Source: Camelus ferus
Taxonomy: Eukaryota
Assembly: GCF_009834535.1 (NCBI RefSeq)
Contig: NC_045728.1
Coordinates: forward strand, 15,066,001-15,130,000
Direction of reading: 5' to 3'
Length of the DNA stretch: 64,000 nucleotides
Below the pieces are notes generated by a model. That model was given only the letters and a program-made list of their open reading frames with translations. It searched no databases and was not told where the DNA came from. Below are positions 37,261 to 48,769 of the stretch, piece after piece. The position numbers and the translations under genes are program-made. Numbering within the stretch: position 1 is the first letter of the stretch; each line of letters opens with the position of its first letter.

Positions 37261-37433
37261 TAGGCTTGCAAGTAAAATGCAGGTCATCCAGTTAAATCTG
37301 AACTTCAGATAAATCATGAATATGTTTTAGTATAAATATGTCCCAAATGTTACACAGAACATAGTTATACTAAAATTATTTGAAATTCAAATTTAAATTG
37401 ATGTCTTTGTTTTTACTAAATCTGGCCACCCTA
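37261..37433. mobile_element. MER53-like hAT MITE (self-complementary)
   Basis: TAGG...CCAGTTAAATCTGAACTTCAGATAAA...TTTTAGTATAAATATGTCC / GAACATAGTTATACTAAAA...TGAAATTCAAATTTAA...AAATCTGGCCACCCTA, with visible inverted arms. Confidence 0.8.
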
Positions 37434-37677
37434 GTCTTTAGCTCTTTTATATTCTAGAGTTTGTTTTTTATGGTAGCTAGCATGACCTTAGCTAATATAC
37501 CTAGTTTCATTTGTCAGAAGCAACAGGACCATGCACATGAGCTGGAACTCCAGCCTGGGTCAAGGGGCTAACCCCAGGTCCTCTTGACAATTAGGTGACA
37601 CGTAGGGTGGGTGCATTGAGGATGGAGCATCCTAAGTGGGCAGGGCCAAGGGGAAAACCAGGAAAGTTCTCGACCGC

Positions 37678-38653
37678 TTTTTTTTTTTTGGATACACTTC
37701 CTTTATTGAGCATAACAAACCAAAGCAAAACCAAAAAACCCCCCAAAAATATAAAAATCCAGGGTGCCAGAAGTACAAATTCAATTCATTCAAATTCAAG
37801 CTGGTCCAGACCCTGTCACAAGCCCTCATGAAGTGCACGTGAGCACCAACATGGGGAGGGGGGACAGGAGTGAGGCCCCCCACAAGCCCCCGAGTGATCA
37901 CCCTGATGCAGGAACCTCCACCTTCTCAGTGACGATGAAGACCTGCCAGGCCCTGTCCCTTTCACCCACACCCCACCTGCGGCCAGGGCATCAAAGGCCA
38001 GTCCCAAATGGTTCTACCCTCCCTTGCTCCGTCCTCACTTGCTCAGGCTTCTAGCCTCAGTCTTCTCCTCCTCCTCCACGTTCTTCAGTTATTAGCAGCA
38101 GGTTAGGGTACTGAATAAGCCACAGTGAGGGGGCCAGGGTGGGCAGGGTGGAGACGGGGTGAAGAGGGGAGGAGAAGAGCTGTTCAGGCACCCCCTCTCT
38201 TCACGGAACCCCAAACCACAACCAGCTCCTCTTCGGTGTTCACACGGATCCAAAAAAGTGCACTGTAGGCGTAAGCAGCTCTCCTGGAGGCCTGCTGCAA
38301 GTCAGAGAAGGGGACGGGCTCGCTGGCCGGCACCTGGTGGCAGCTTCCTGCAGGGGGTCCGGCTGCTGCTCAGCACAACCAGGTGGCGGTTGTACTGCCT
38401 CGTCTGGCCCATGTACTCAGGCTGCTCCACGCCCTGGGTGTCTGCAGCAGACATGTCGATGATGCTGCGGGCTGTCTGGGTGAGGATGGAGGAGAGCAGC
38501 GCCTGCTCATCTGCGCGAGCAGAAGGCAGGCCGTGGTGGCTGGGCTCGGCTCCATTGAAGGCTTTGCTGGGGGCGCCACTGGGTTCCAGCTGCGGCTTCC
38601 GCTCCTCTTGGTCCTGGTCCGAGTCTGCGTTCTCGCTGCTGGAGCAGCACCCC
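37678..38653 (-). pseudogene. LAMTOR1: LAMTOR1 (p18/Ragulator) processed pseudogene: intronless CDS remnant 38653-38201, about 510-nt 3'UTR, AATAAA and poly(A)
   Basis: Translation [19 protein letters not shown]...[31 protein letters not shown] matches LAMTOR1, and the C-terminus ([11 protein letters not shown]...[11 protein letters not shown]...EELV) resumes in another frame. TGA at 38203-38201, AATAAA at 37707-37702, A12 at 37689-37678, target-site duplications at both ends, no ATG. Confidence 0.96.
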
Positions 38654-38984
38654 CTCGACAGCTTCTTGTTCACCCTTCTTCCTGAGTCCACTTTTCTTTA
38701 GCTCCCTCTTCCACTGGACTGTCAGCTCCTTGGTGACAAAGATGATGGTGGGGTTTACTTTTGTATGTGCAGTACTTGGCATGTGGTAAAGTTGAGATCT
38801 TGTTTGTGGTGGGAAAGCAGCATGCCTGCTGGGGGAGGCAGATGGGAGGGCATCGTAATGTGGACCTCTCCAAGCTTTTGAGGAATAAAAAAAGGACTGG
38901 TTGAGAACACTGTTAAGCCACTGATCATGTCGTCCTCCACTTTCTCCTTTGTCCCATAAATCCCCAGGGTAACAAAAAAGCTGA

Positions 38985-39200
38985 GAACTTGGGCTCTGAT
39001 TTACTCACACAAGTCTGTGTTCAAAGGCCACCTCCCATTTCCTAGATCCTGGGTGATTTTTGGTCCACTACTTAAACTCTCCGAGCTGCACTGTCCTCAC
39101 CTGTAAACTGGGGACAATTATGGTGTCCACCTCACTAGAGCTGCTAGGAGGATGCCCAAGGGGTACCTGGCCACAATAAAAGATCCGAAAATGTTAGCTA
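38985..39200 (+). mobile_element. MIR SINE
   Basis: GGTGATTTTTGG...ACTTAAACTCTCCGAGC...CTCACCTGTAAACTGGGGACAATT...TGTTAGCTATTATT. Confidence 0.65.
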
Positions 39201-39317
39201 TTATTAGCAATGATGTCTGGTTCTCTCTCCCTCCTGCCCTTGACAAAATGCCTTATTATAAATATTTGGGGTAAGGTGTTGTGAGAAAAAACGTTAAATC
39301 TCTTTAAAAGAATGAAG

Positions 39318-39490
39318 TGGGGGGGAAGGGGGGAGGGTATATAGCTCAGTGTACAGTGTGTACTTAACATGCACAAGGTCCTGGGTTCAATCCCCAGGTC
39401 CTCCATTAAAATAAATAAGTATGCAAATAAACCTAATCACTCCCCCTTCCCTAAAATGTAACAACAAAAAAGTAATAAAAAAATTTTTTT
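39318..39490 (+). mobile_element. tRNA-derived SINE, camelid Vic-1-like
   Basis: GGGGAGGGTATAGCTCAGTG (A-box), GGTTCAATCC (B-box, 39384-39393), A-rich tail, TSD AAAGAATGAAG at 39307-39317 and 39491-39501. The family name is from memory. Confidence 0.88.
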
Positions 39491-39505
39491 AAAGAATGAA
39501 GGGGA

Positions 39506-39824
39506 TATGTGCAAGCACATTTGACGGGTCCTTTATGATTGGATTACCACATTCTGTTGATTCCTACTTTGTGGTTGGCTTTATTCCTTTGATAACCATG
39601 TAAGTATAAAAAGCTAAAGCTCTAATCTGTTCTTAGAAACAATGATCATATTTTTTGTAAAGTATGTAATTATATAAAAAATAAAAAATATTTATATATG
39701 TCAACTAAAAATATGTGCAGGATACTGTACACATGTATTTACGTGCAATATGATGTATATGTGCAGTCAAACTGTAATAATTCCACCTAATTAAACTGGA
39801 AAATGAATTTTAAAAACTAAAAAA
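39506..39824 (+). mobile_element. Orphan poly(A)-tailed retro-insertion, probably an mRNA 3'UTR end
   Basis: AT-rich 320 bp with ATTAAA at 39790-39795 and an A-tail at about 39812-39827. Flanked by the direct repeat AAAGAATGAAGGGG(G)A at 39491-39505 and 39825-39840. Confidence 0.7.
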
Positions 39825-42137
39825 AAAGAATGAAGGGGGACCTGTGATTATTGACATAATGGTAGCTGCGTGCATCTGTGTGTAGCCCTGTTCTCCGAGT
39901 CTTGTTTCATTTATTCAGCAGAGATGGGGGCAAGCAGGGGAAGGCAGAGCGAGGCAGGGAGCGCAAGGGGGTGGTGTTCATTCTCACCTCGGAGCATGAC
40001 GTGTTTATCAGCGTGTAGGTCCGCTAAGCGCAGCAGCCTGGTTTCTTTGAGTTAAATAGCGGTCATGCCCAACTGGCTCTCCATGTACCATTACTCCAAG
40101 TGATTGAGCCAATTTCTCCCTCTGCCATGAGCTTAAGTTGTAAACCTCTCAGCCAGATAGGGAGGCAGTGATGGGCTGCCTGCTGTGATTATTATTAACC
40201 TTTAGGATGGCGCTCACGAGCCCAGGGGGTCTGCGAGAAACCCAGGGTGGGGCAGGTGCAGACTGTAGACTCCCACCCACCCACTTCCACCCGGTCTGCG
40301 TGTGTTGCTCACTTTGGCCTTGGAAAGAGGCTCCAGTCCACCAGCCTGGGGTGAGTCATCGCTTGTGCCGGGGTTGGGGGGAACAGTGGTGAAGTGGTTG
40401 GATGTCTTCTGTTGCATTTGGCTGGGGATAGGAAGGGGCATTGTGGGAAAGCTGCGGAAGTCTTGTTCTAGGGGTGCCCTGATATTCACAACTTTTTTTA
40501 ACAGTCAGAGGCTAAGTTACCCAGCTGTAACCTGCAGAGGCAGTTGCTAGCTAGCTCACCCGGACCATTTCTGTTTAGCATAATTATACTGGAGACCAAG
40601 AGTCACAGAGGGCAGCAGGGCTGGAAGACAGTGATAAGCAAGCTGTCTCTCTTCCAGTCCATATTTCTTTCCTTTTCCTTAAAGGGACCTTCTTCCTTGT
40701 TAATGAATCATGAATGGGCAGGGATGACAGACCTCTGAATGCCGGCAGCTTGTTTTGCTTTTCTGAACAATTCAGTCTCTGCAGAATCTCTAAGAAGAGA
40801 GGAGGCCACACCCGGAGCCTTGGGGTGTTTGCCTGGCTTCTTTGTTACAAATCCAAATGTACCTGTGATCCCTTAAGGGGTGAAATATGTAGTCAAAGAA
40901 AATCTAATTCTGCCCTCAGAAGGTTATACTCCAATAACCAAGGCTGGAATCAGAAGGGGCAGGTGGGGGCGGGGGTTGTATAATTGCTTCATTTTTTTTT
41001 CCCCAAAATAAAAGGGGGTAGGGAAGGGAGGGGGCATCTAAGTAGACAGGCACCACCCTGAATTTGCTTGTGAGCAAAGATAACAGAGTAACCAAAGAAA
41101 CCCGAATCTGACCTCTCCATTTCCTCTGATTTTGTTAAGCCCCTTCCCACAGTCTCTTGGAGAGAGGGCCCTGCCAACAGGGTGATAAACTGTAGTTCAT
41201 GTGGAATGAATGTGATTTAATAGGTTTAAACAGATTAAGTCATGCCTTCGATTTATTTTTGCCATGGCATGGATCGAATACTGCTTGCAGAGTAATCACT
41301 AGTAACCCAGGGTGCTGGCCTGCCACACACGTCTTCTCCTTTACTCCCCCAGATAATCCCATGAGGTGGGTACTGTTATTATTCCCATTGTACAGCTAAG
41401 GAAACTAAGAGAGAAAAAAAAAAAAGCAGCCTTCTTTTGGCCACACAGTTAACAAGAGGCGACCAGCTCCCAAACTCCAGGGGCCACACTTGGACCCACT
41501 GCCGTGAATTCCACTGCTTTGGATTAATTTCCATTCCTGGTGGCAGAGTTATGTCTTCATCGACAGAAGGGAAGGAGGCAGACTGAAGCAGATTTGTAAA
41601 CCACTGAGATTTTCTCATCTAACCACCAGGCCATTAGAAGTTGGTGGAGCGAGGGGGCTCCGGGACCCTCACCCACTTGCTGCGGACCAAGAGTGCAGGT
41701 CTGCTAGCAGCTGTCCCCACGGCCAGAGTTTCTTCACAATTCCCTACAAACACCAAGGAAAAAGCAGTTTTCCAGGATAACCCACTGGGGAAGCAGAAGA
41801 GGAAAAGTTGGAGAGGATCTTTACCAAGGAACTTCCTCCGTAGTGACAGAAGTTAGGAAAAGACCTCCATGCAGGAATCAAGAGAAGGGAGCCCAGTCCC
41901 AGAAGGAAGTGATTAAAGGATTCTGAACACGCTGGTTGTAAAGAGATGGTACGTACTGATCTTCTTCTTCCACATCCTGCCTCTTCTAGGTTGAAGGGAG
42001 GAAATGAAGAAGTGAGCTAATACAAAATATAGGTAGAGCTGTTACATTTATTTTAAATGAGGACCCACCAGGTCCTTCTTCCCATTCATATGCATTAGGC
42101 ATGACTAGAAGGCAAGACAGTTCACTTTTATAAGAGT

Positions 42138-42838
42138 ACTTTTTTGGTTTCAACTGAGGTATAGTCAGTTTACAATGTTGTGTCAATTTCTGGTGTACAG
42201 CATAAGTTTCAGGCATACCTATATGTACATATATTCCTTTTCATATTCTTTTTCATTATAGTTACTACAAGATATTGAATACTGCACTATACAGTAGAAA
42301 ATTCTTGTTTATCTATTTTATATATAGTAATTAGTATCTGCAAATCTCGATCTCCCAGTTTATCGCTTCCCACCCCTTTCCACCCAGATAACCATAAATT
42401 TGTTTTCTATGTCTGTGAGTCTCTTTCTGTTTTGTAAAGAAGTTTATTTGTGTCTTTTTTTAAGGTTCCACATATGAGTGATAGCATATGGTATTTTTCT
42501 TTCTCTCTCTGGCTTACTTCACTTAAAATGATGATCTGCAGGTCCATCCATATTGCTGAAAATGAGATTATTTTATTCTTTTTTATGGCTGAGTAGTATT
42601 CCATTGTATAAATATACCACAACTTATTTATACAGTCCTCTGTCAGTGGACATTTAGGTTGCTTCCATGTCTTGGTTATTGTAAATTGTGCTGCTATGAA
42701 CATTGGGGTGCAGGTGTCTTTTTGAATTACAGTTTCCTCCAGATATATGCCCAGGAGTGGGATTGCTGGATCATGGGGCAAGTCTATTTTTAGTTTTTTA
42801 ACACATCTCCATACCAATTTCCTTAATGGCTGCACCAA
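42138..42838 (-). mobile_element. 5'-truncated LINE-1: ORF2 C-terminus plus 3'UTR
   Basis: ORF 42407-42838 (KKLKIDLPHDPAIPLLGIY...CTPMFIAAQFTITKTWKQPKCP...WYIYTMEYYSAIKKN) is the L1 ORF2p C-terminal region. It is followed by a cetartiodactyl-type L1 3'UTR and a short A-tail. Confidence 0.95.
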
Positions 42839-45359
42839 AAGATAGTAGCTTCTTGATGATCAAAGTAGAGTTTAGACCATCAAATAATGGTTGCCCTCTT
42901 CAAAATGCCTGATAGAGTCAATACTGAAACATCATCTAGTTCAGTCTCACCATTTTACAGGAGAAGAATCAGAGTGGAGGGGCAGAACCGTGTTCCCAAA
43001 GCCATACATTCAGTTGGAGCCAGGACTTGAGACCAGAGCCCTTTCATTGAAGAATGAAATTGAAGTCACTGAATGGCACTGAAGCCATTCAGTCATTCTT
43101 GGAAATCTTGTGAAATTCCCTTGAAAATCTCTCTGTTTCAGCTTCTTCAGCTGTCAAATGGGCATGACAACAGCACCCACCTCTTGGGGATTCAGAGCAG
43201 CGATCTTGTCGAAGTCTTCGGTTATGGCATATCTTACTCATAGAGGGAAGGCTCGATTTTCAAAACAAGCTCAACAAGGTGGTGAAGGTAGAGAAGAAAA
43301 TTTGAGGTCAGAACTGGTGGGAGTGGTGAGCAGTGAGGCTGAGATTCCCCTGTGGCTCAGGAGCCAGCAATAATAGTCATATAGTTGTAAGAAGTGTGTC
43401 ATCTTTCCCAATGTGCCCAGTTAGAAGCATGTAACATACATCTGAAGATACATTCTCTGTATCTACGTGTGTGTTTGCATATTTATACACACACATATAT
43501 ATCCATTCTGACATAGTTTCAAATTGATCCTGTTGTTGAGAGTCATGATTCCTGTATGCACAATCCATGAACGTGTTCCTTTGGGGATTCGTAATGGTGA
43601 CAGTCCTATGGAGAAGCAGTGCGTGCCATGCCATCTGGGGTTTGGAATCAGACTAGGTGGGTCTCAAACCCAGATCTGTCTTTTAGTAAGGATGCAAAAT
43701 TTGCCAGATTGCTTGACTCAAATCTCGGTTTCCTCCTCTGTATAATGAAGTCGCCTGAGGTCCCTGTGACCTCAAATACGTTAAGGAGCTTGGCCAAGAG
43801 CTCACAGTTCATAAGGGACAGAACTGGGAGGTAAACCTAGGTATACTGGCTTCCCCGGACTGTCTCTTTCCTGGACACCCCTCTGCCTGCAGCCCAAGCT
43901 TAGGGAAGCTGAGGGCAATTCCCTATGGTCAGGAAGATAAGAGAGGAGGTCTGTACCCTGCCCAGTCTTTTCTTTTCAAAGCCATCTTTTATACCCTGTG
44001 TGAAAGAAGCAAATAGGTTAAGACTGTTTATGATTCTAGTGATATATATGTTAGACTTCAGCTGAAAAAAAAAAACCCTCTCCCATTTCCTCACTTATGT
44101 CTAAAATTAAAATGCCAAAAATGTTACCAGGAAGAGAAATTTGGTGAAAAGCAGGAAAGACTATAAATCGACTGTAGAGTCTACTGCAAATTATGGGTTT
44201 CTCTGGTTTCTGAAATAAAGTCCCATTCCATAGGAGCTCCAGCCATCAGAGGCGAATTTCTCTCCAGAGAAAGCATTCAAATAAACTGCACCAATATTTG
44301 ACTGTGTGGAAGCTCTTTTCAAAGACTTAATATTTTGTCTTTCTAGAAAGAGAATGTTCTATGTTCTGAGTTTCCTGCCTGTTGAGTGCCTTCAGTAACA
44401 AAGAAAAAAAGTAGCCGTGAAGAATGGTAACTTTTTTCCTCCCTCAGTATCTCTTTGGAACATTGTGGAATGTTGTTGATTTTCTGTTAGGCAAGATTGG
44501 AGAGAGCATGGTGAAATCAGAAGAACTCTGTTTTCCAGTCAGAAGACCTGGATTCGAGGCCAGCTTTGCCAGACACTTCCTGTGTAACCCTACGCAAGCC
44601 ACTTAACCTCTCTGTGCTTCACTGGTCTCCTCTGTAAGAATGGAGATATTGTATGGAAAAGATCTCTGGCCATTTAAAAATGTTTGCTCTCTGAGAAGAA
44701 CCCTAACACCTGTCCCTAACCGACTGCCTGACTTTGAGCAGGTTACTTCCCCCTCCTCGGGGCCTCAGTTCCCCTGTGGAGAACATGAAAATACTGGACT
44801 TTTATTGCCAAGCCACCTCTAGCTACGAGATCTCTCATACTCCGTGAACTCTATCAGCTACACTGAAATTAGGTGCCAGCACCTTCTGACCGGGAGAAGG
44901 GATGATGTGGGTGCATTTAGGGGAGAGGTCTGTCTGGATTGTTCCCTCCCATCAAGAGGGAACCCAGATGTTGGGGAACCTGCTGCCTCCTCATGGGAGC
45001 AGGCAAAATGGAGAACAAACCAGGCTTTGGTTTGGGCAGGAAATAGTAAGGTGCCTCTGTCAGTAATGGCTGTCTGTGGGTTCTAGAAAGGAAAGGAAAC
45101 ATCAGTGGTGAAGCTGTAGCCAGGTCAGAGAGGAAGGAGTGGGGGAGGGAGGCAGGTAGCTATGGGAGTATTTGGCTGACCCAAATAAGGCATCCTTGGT
45201 ACAGAGAGGCAGATGGAGAGTTAGATACAGATACAGATACCCATATAGATATGCTGCTTTGAATCAGGCCTAGGAACACATTTGTTCCTCTCTTGTTCAG
45301 AAAATCCTGCCCCAAACCCTGTACAGTTGACCCAAAGCAGATGACATAATGAAAGGTTG

Positions 45360-45768
45360 CTAGTTCCCACCCCAGGGCCTTTGCACTTGATGTCTCCCCT
45401 CCATCCCCTCCCACCCACTTGCAAGCCTTCCTCCCATCACGCAATGCACTTGTTTCCACTTTAAGAACTCGAACAGCACTTCCGGCAGAGAAATCCTCCC
45501 TGCCACTGCCTTATCTGGAGCTGCCTCCTGCCCCCTGGGTCCTTTGCCCTGTTTTATTGTTTTCATGGCACTTGTTACTGCCAGAAATTGTTTCCTTTGT
45601 TTATCTGACCTGCCTGTTTGTTTCCTGGCTCCCCTCCCCGGAGCCCCCTTCTACATAGCGTAAGCTTCACGAGGGCAGAGGGCTGGACTCTTTCTTTCAG
45701 GTTGTTGTATCCAAAGCACCAGGAGGATGCTGGTTCAAAGTAGGCTTCCAATAAATATTTGTTCAAAG
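45360..45768 (+). mobile_element. L2 3' end
   Basis: CAGGGCCTTTGCACTTG...GTAAGCTTCACGAGGGCAGAG...GTAGGCTTCCAATAAATATTTGTT. Confidence 0.7.
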
Positions 45769-47599
45769 AGTGAAAGAACGAAACAAGAAATGTGCTTCTG
45801 CTTTTGTTGTTGTTGTTGTTCTCCCCAGAAAGACTTTTAAAACAAACAGATAGCTCGTTTCTGAGAATGAGAGGTTCACGCCTAAGTAATTAACAGCCAG
45901 GCAGAGACGAGGCGTCTGTCCTTCCGCAGGCTCTGAGGTCGCGGGACCGACGGCACGGCAGTTATGCTTACTGACACCACTTCCGGAAGAAACCTTCTCA
46001 TGCATCGTGGTGCCCCCGCTCTCTAAGGCTGTGCCCACCAAGGAGAAGGCAGGATGCGTGACAGTGCCTGGAATGTGTACAGCTCTTTCGCCTCATTTTA
46101 CCAGTTTCTTCAGTGAGGGTAACCGAACTCCTGAGGCTCAACGGCTTGACTGAGATCAACCAGTCAGGGTGACCTTGGATCCAGTTCACCCTGCAGCAGA
46201 TGCTCTTGCCTCTGCCTTTAACCGTCTACAAACGAACACAGGTTTGCCAGCTCCCCGCACCCCCCCCCCCCAGTGGAGAGGTCACCAGCGCCCACCTACA
46301 GATGGGGCCGGGAATAATAGGTTTCTTAGCGGAGCCAGGACCAGAGGGAGGCGGGGGAGGCACAGAAAACAGGTACAGAGTTTAAGGAGGCATCACTCTC
46401 CTGGCTTCTGCAGGATTCTAAGAGATGCCTCGTTAAATTTTGTACCTCGGGCAGCACGCTTGCCCCTTCTAGTCCTGGCCCTGCTCATTGGAACTTCCTG
46501 TGAGTTTTATGTCCCTTTCTCTCTCTGTCATATAATCCTTCTTTGTCTAGAAATATCATCAGAATAATGAGAAGGCTGATTGCTCTTGGGAAGGATTTGG
46601 CTCTCTTTGCCAGTGAGCTTCTAGCCACCTCTTGGCAACCTCCCCTCCAAATGGCCACTGCAGTTATTTGTCTAAAGGACCAGTCTGTCACTCCCCGACT
46701 GCAAACCCTTCAGCACCACTTCTCATGGCCTACATTTTTTTTAAAGGCCTAAACTACCAGGCATGGTCTTTAAGACCTTCACACATCGGTGCTATCCTGC
46801 CTCAGAAATATTGTCATGATTTCACAGCTTGGGATGGGCTGTGCCTTCTGCCTAGGGACCCCTCCCTGTCTGTCCAGGCCAAAATCATTCGCCCTTCAAA
46901 GTCTAACTCCAAGGTCACTTACGCTTAAGATGGCTTAAGTCTTGGAGCAAAGCTGATGTGAACCCAGCTCAGTACGGGTGGCCAGAGGGGTCCCCGATCT
47001 AGGAGGTGAGTGCAAGGCAGAGGGTTGGGACCTAGAAAGCCAGCTAGCCAGGGCCTCCCAGGACTCCTCCCCACACTCTCCGCACTGAAGGGGTCTGTGT
47101 CGGGAAGCTGACCGCCAGTCCTCAGCCCGGGTAACGCTGACTTTATAGCCAGGCTAAGTGTGACTCCAGGCTTTGAACTAACTTGTTAATATCTGCCTGT
47201 GACAATGTGGATTACCCAGTTGTTGGTAATGAAACCAGGTTCCCAAGTACCCTGGGGCTTCCCCATTCATCCAGGGCCCATTTTTAGACTTTGCCCTTTG
47301 GCATCAGTCTTCCCAGGCTGCCAGGGTGAGGGATGTCGTACTGGTCAAGCCCTGCCTCCCGCCTGGCTCTCCTCCCCATCCCCCACTTTTGATCTAAGTT
47401 CTCTTGTGTTTGTTTTCCTTCCTCCTCCGTGTCTAACTTTTCTGTCTTCTTTGCATGATCTTGAGAATCAATCCAAAGTCAGGCTGACATTTTGGCCCAA
47501 TCTCCCCAAGGAGCTCAGATCTGAGACCTTTTTTCCTGGAAAGAAAATTAATGTATGTGTCGGTTTGAGAGAGGCTTAGAGAGGAAAGGATATCCATGC

Positions 47600-47870
47600 C
47601 TGCTGGATAATAATAACCATAGCAATAATCAGTAATAATAATACCTCATTTGCTGAGCACTAATGAAATAGTAGCTGTGCTGAGTGTTTTTTTAAGGCTT
47701 TTTCTCATTTAACCTTCTAAGTATGACTGCTGTGTACCCATTCTAAAGATGATCCCTATTATACCCATTTCCAAGTAAGAAAGTTGAGGCCCAGAGAGTT
47801 ACATAAGTCGCCCGAGGTCAGACAGCTGGGAGGGCTGGTGTTGAGGTTGGCCTTACCACCTGTAGCTCTC
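47600..47870 (-). mobile_element. MIR SINE
   Basis: AATAATAACC...TTTGCTGAGCACT...TACCCATTTCCAAGTAAGAAAGTTGAGGCCCAGAGAGTTACATAAGTCGCCCGAGGTCA. Confidence 0.65.
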
Positions 47871-48769
47871 ACTATTTGAGAGACCCTGAACAAGCCACCC
47901 CTCTTCTCTGCGTCCCAGTTACATTGCATCTGTGCCAGAGGACTAGAAAGAGCTAGTCCTCCTAACTTCATAAGCTAGTTAGGCCAGTTGAACAGGATAA
48001 GGAATGTAAGGGGCTATGTAAGTGTTAGTAATCGTCTTCATGAAATCTGAGCTCCCCCCACCCCAAGATCTGGGATGGAACAGAATTACAGAACACACTG
48101 GGAATTTTTTTTTTACATATGAAAATTATTTATACTTTTCTTGTTCTGATTTGAAACTGTATCTTCTATTTTGAGAGATTATCTATCATCCTTTACCATC
48201 CAGGCCCTTTGGACAGACTACGGGACTTTATACTTTTCAAAGCTGTTTTTATTGGTGCCTGATGAGTACTGGGGAGTCAGGTAGGACACATCTATAACCC
48301 CCTTCTGCAGGCAGGAAAACTGAAATCAGAGTAGCTATCAGGAGATGGCTCCAAGCAGGATCTCCTGATGTCTATTCTGGTCCTCTTTGCATTCCTTCAG
48401 TTTCTAGCCTAGGAGCCTGGGCAGGTGATGGTGTTGAGAGATGGATGGGACCCGAGGGTTGGGGTGGCAGCCCCTGGGCTCAGCTCTTTAGGACATCGGG
48501 ATTTGCATAGGGCCCTCATAAACAGCATTTGTATAAAACTCTATGTGAGATGCAATGGTCTACTGTTGTTCTGCTATCATTTAAATAAGTGATTTTAAAC
48601 ATTTAAAGTCTGTCATTTTCCCTTTGTGTTTTGGAGTCAGTGCAGGTTTCTGGGTGTCAAGCAGTCCAAAGAACTTTGGTGGCCCTGGGTACTTGGTCTA
48701 GAAGCTTCTGCACGAACAGCCCTGGGCAGAGTAACCAGAGCTTCTGCCTTCTTTTTCTGAGGTGGAGCT

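Noticed and set aside
38302-38691. 129-aa ORF as an intact, N-terminally extended LAMTOR1 retrogene
   Set aside because: The start is a GTG in flanking DNA with a stop 6 nt upstream, the true ATG is lost, and the C-terminus is frameshifted.
38670-38940. Possible chimeric partner gene fused 5' of the LAMTOR1 copy (ORFs 38507-38782, 38755-38940)
   Set aside because: It lies outside the TSD, resembles no protein I recognise, and AAGGAGCTGACAGTCCAGTGG looks like an old L2 remnant.
39341-39400. tRNA gene (also 56245-56310)
   Set aside because: A and B boxes are present but followed by a SINE body, A-rich tail and TSDs, so these are SINE heads.
45272-45289. AGGAACA-catt-TGTTCCT as a glucocorticoid response element
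   Set aside because: Perfect inverted repeat, but the spacer is 4 bp and GR/AR/PR dimers require 3 bp.
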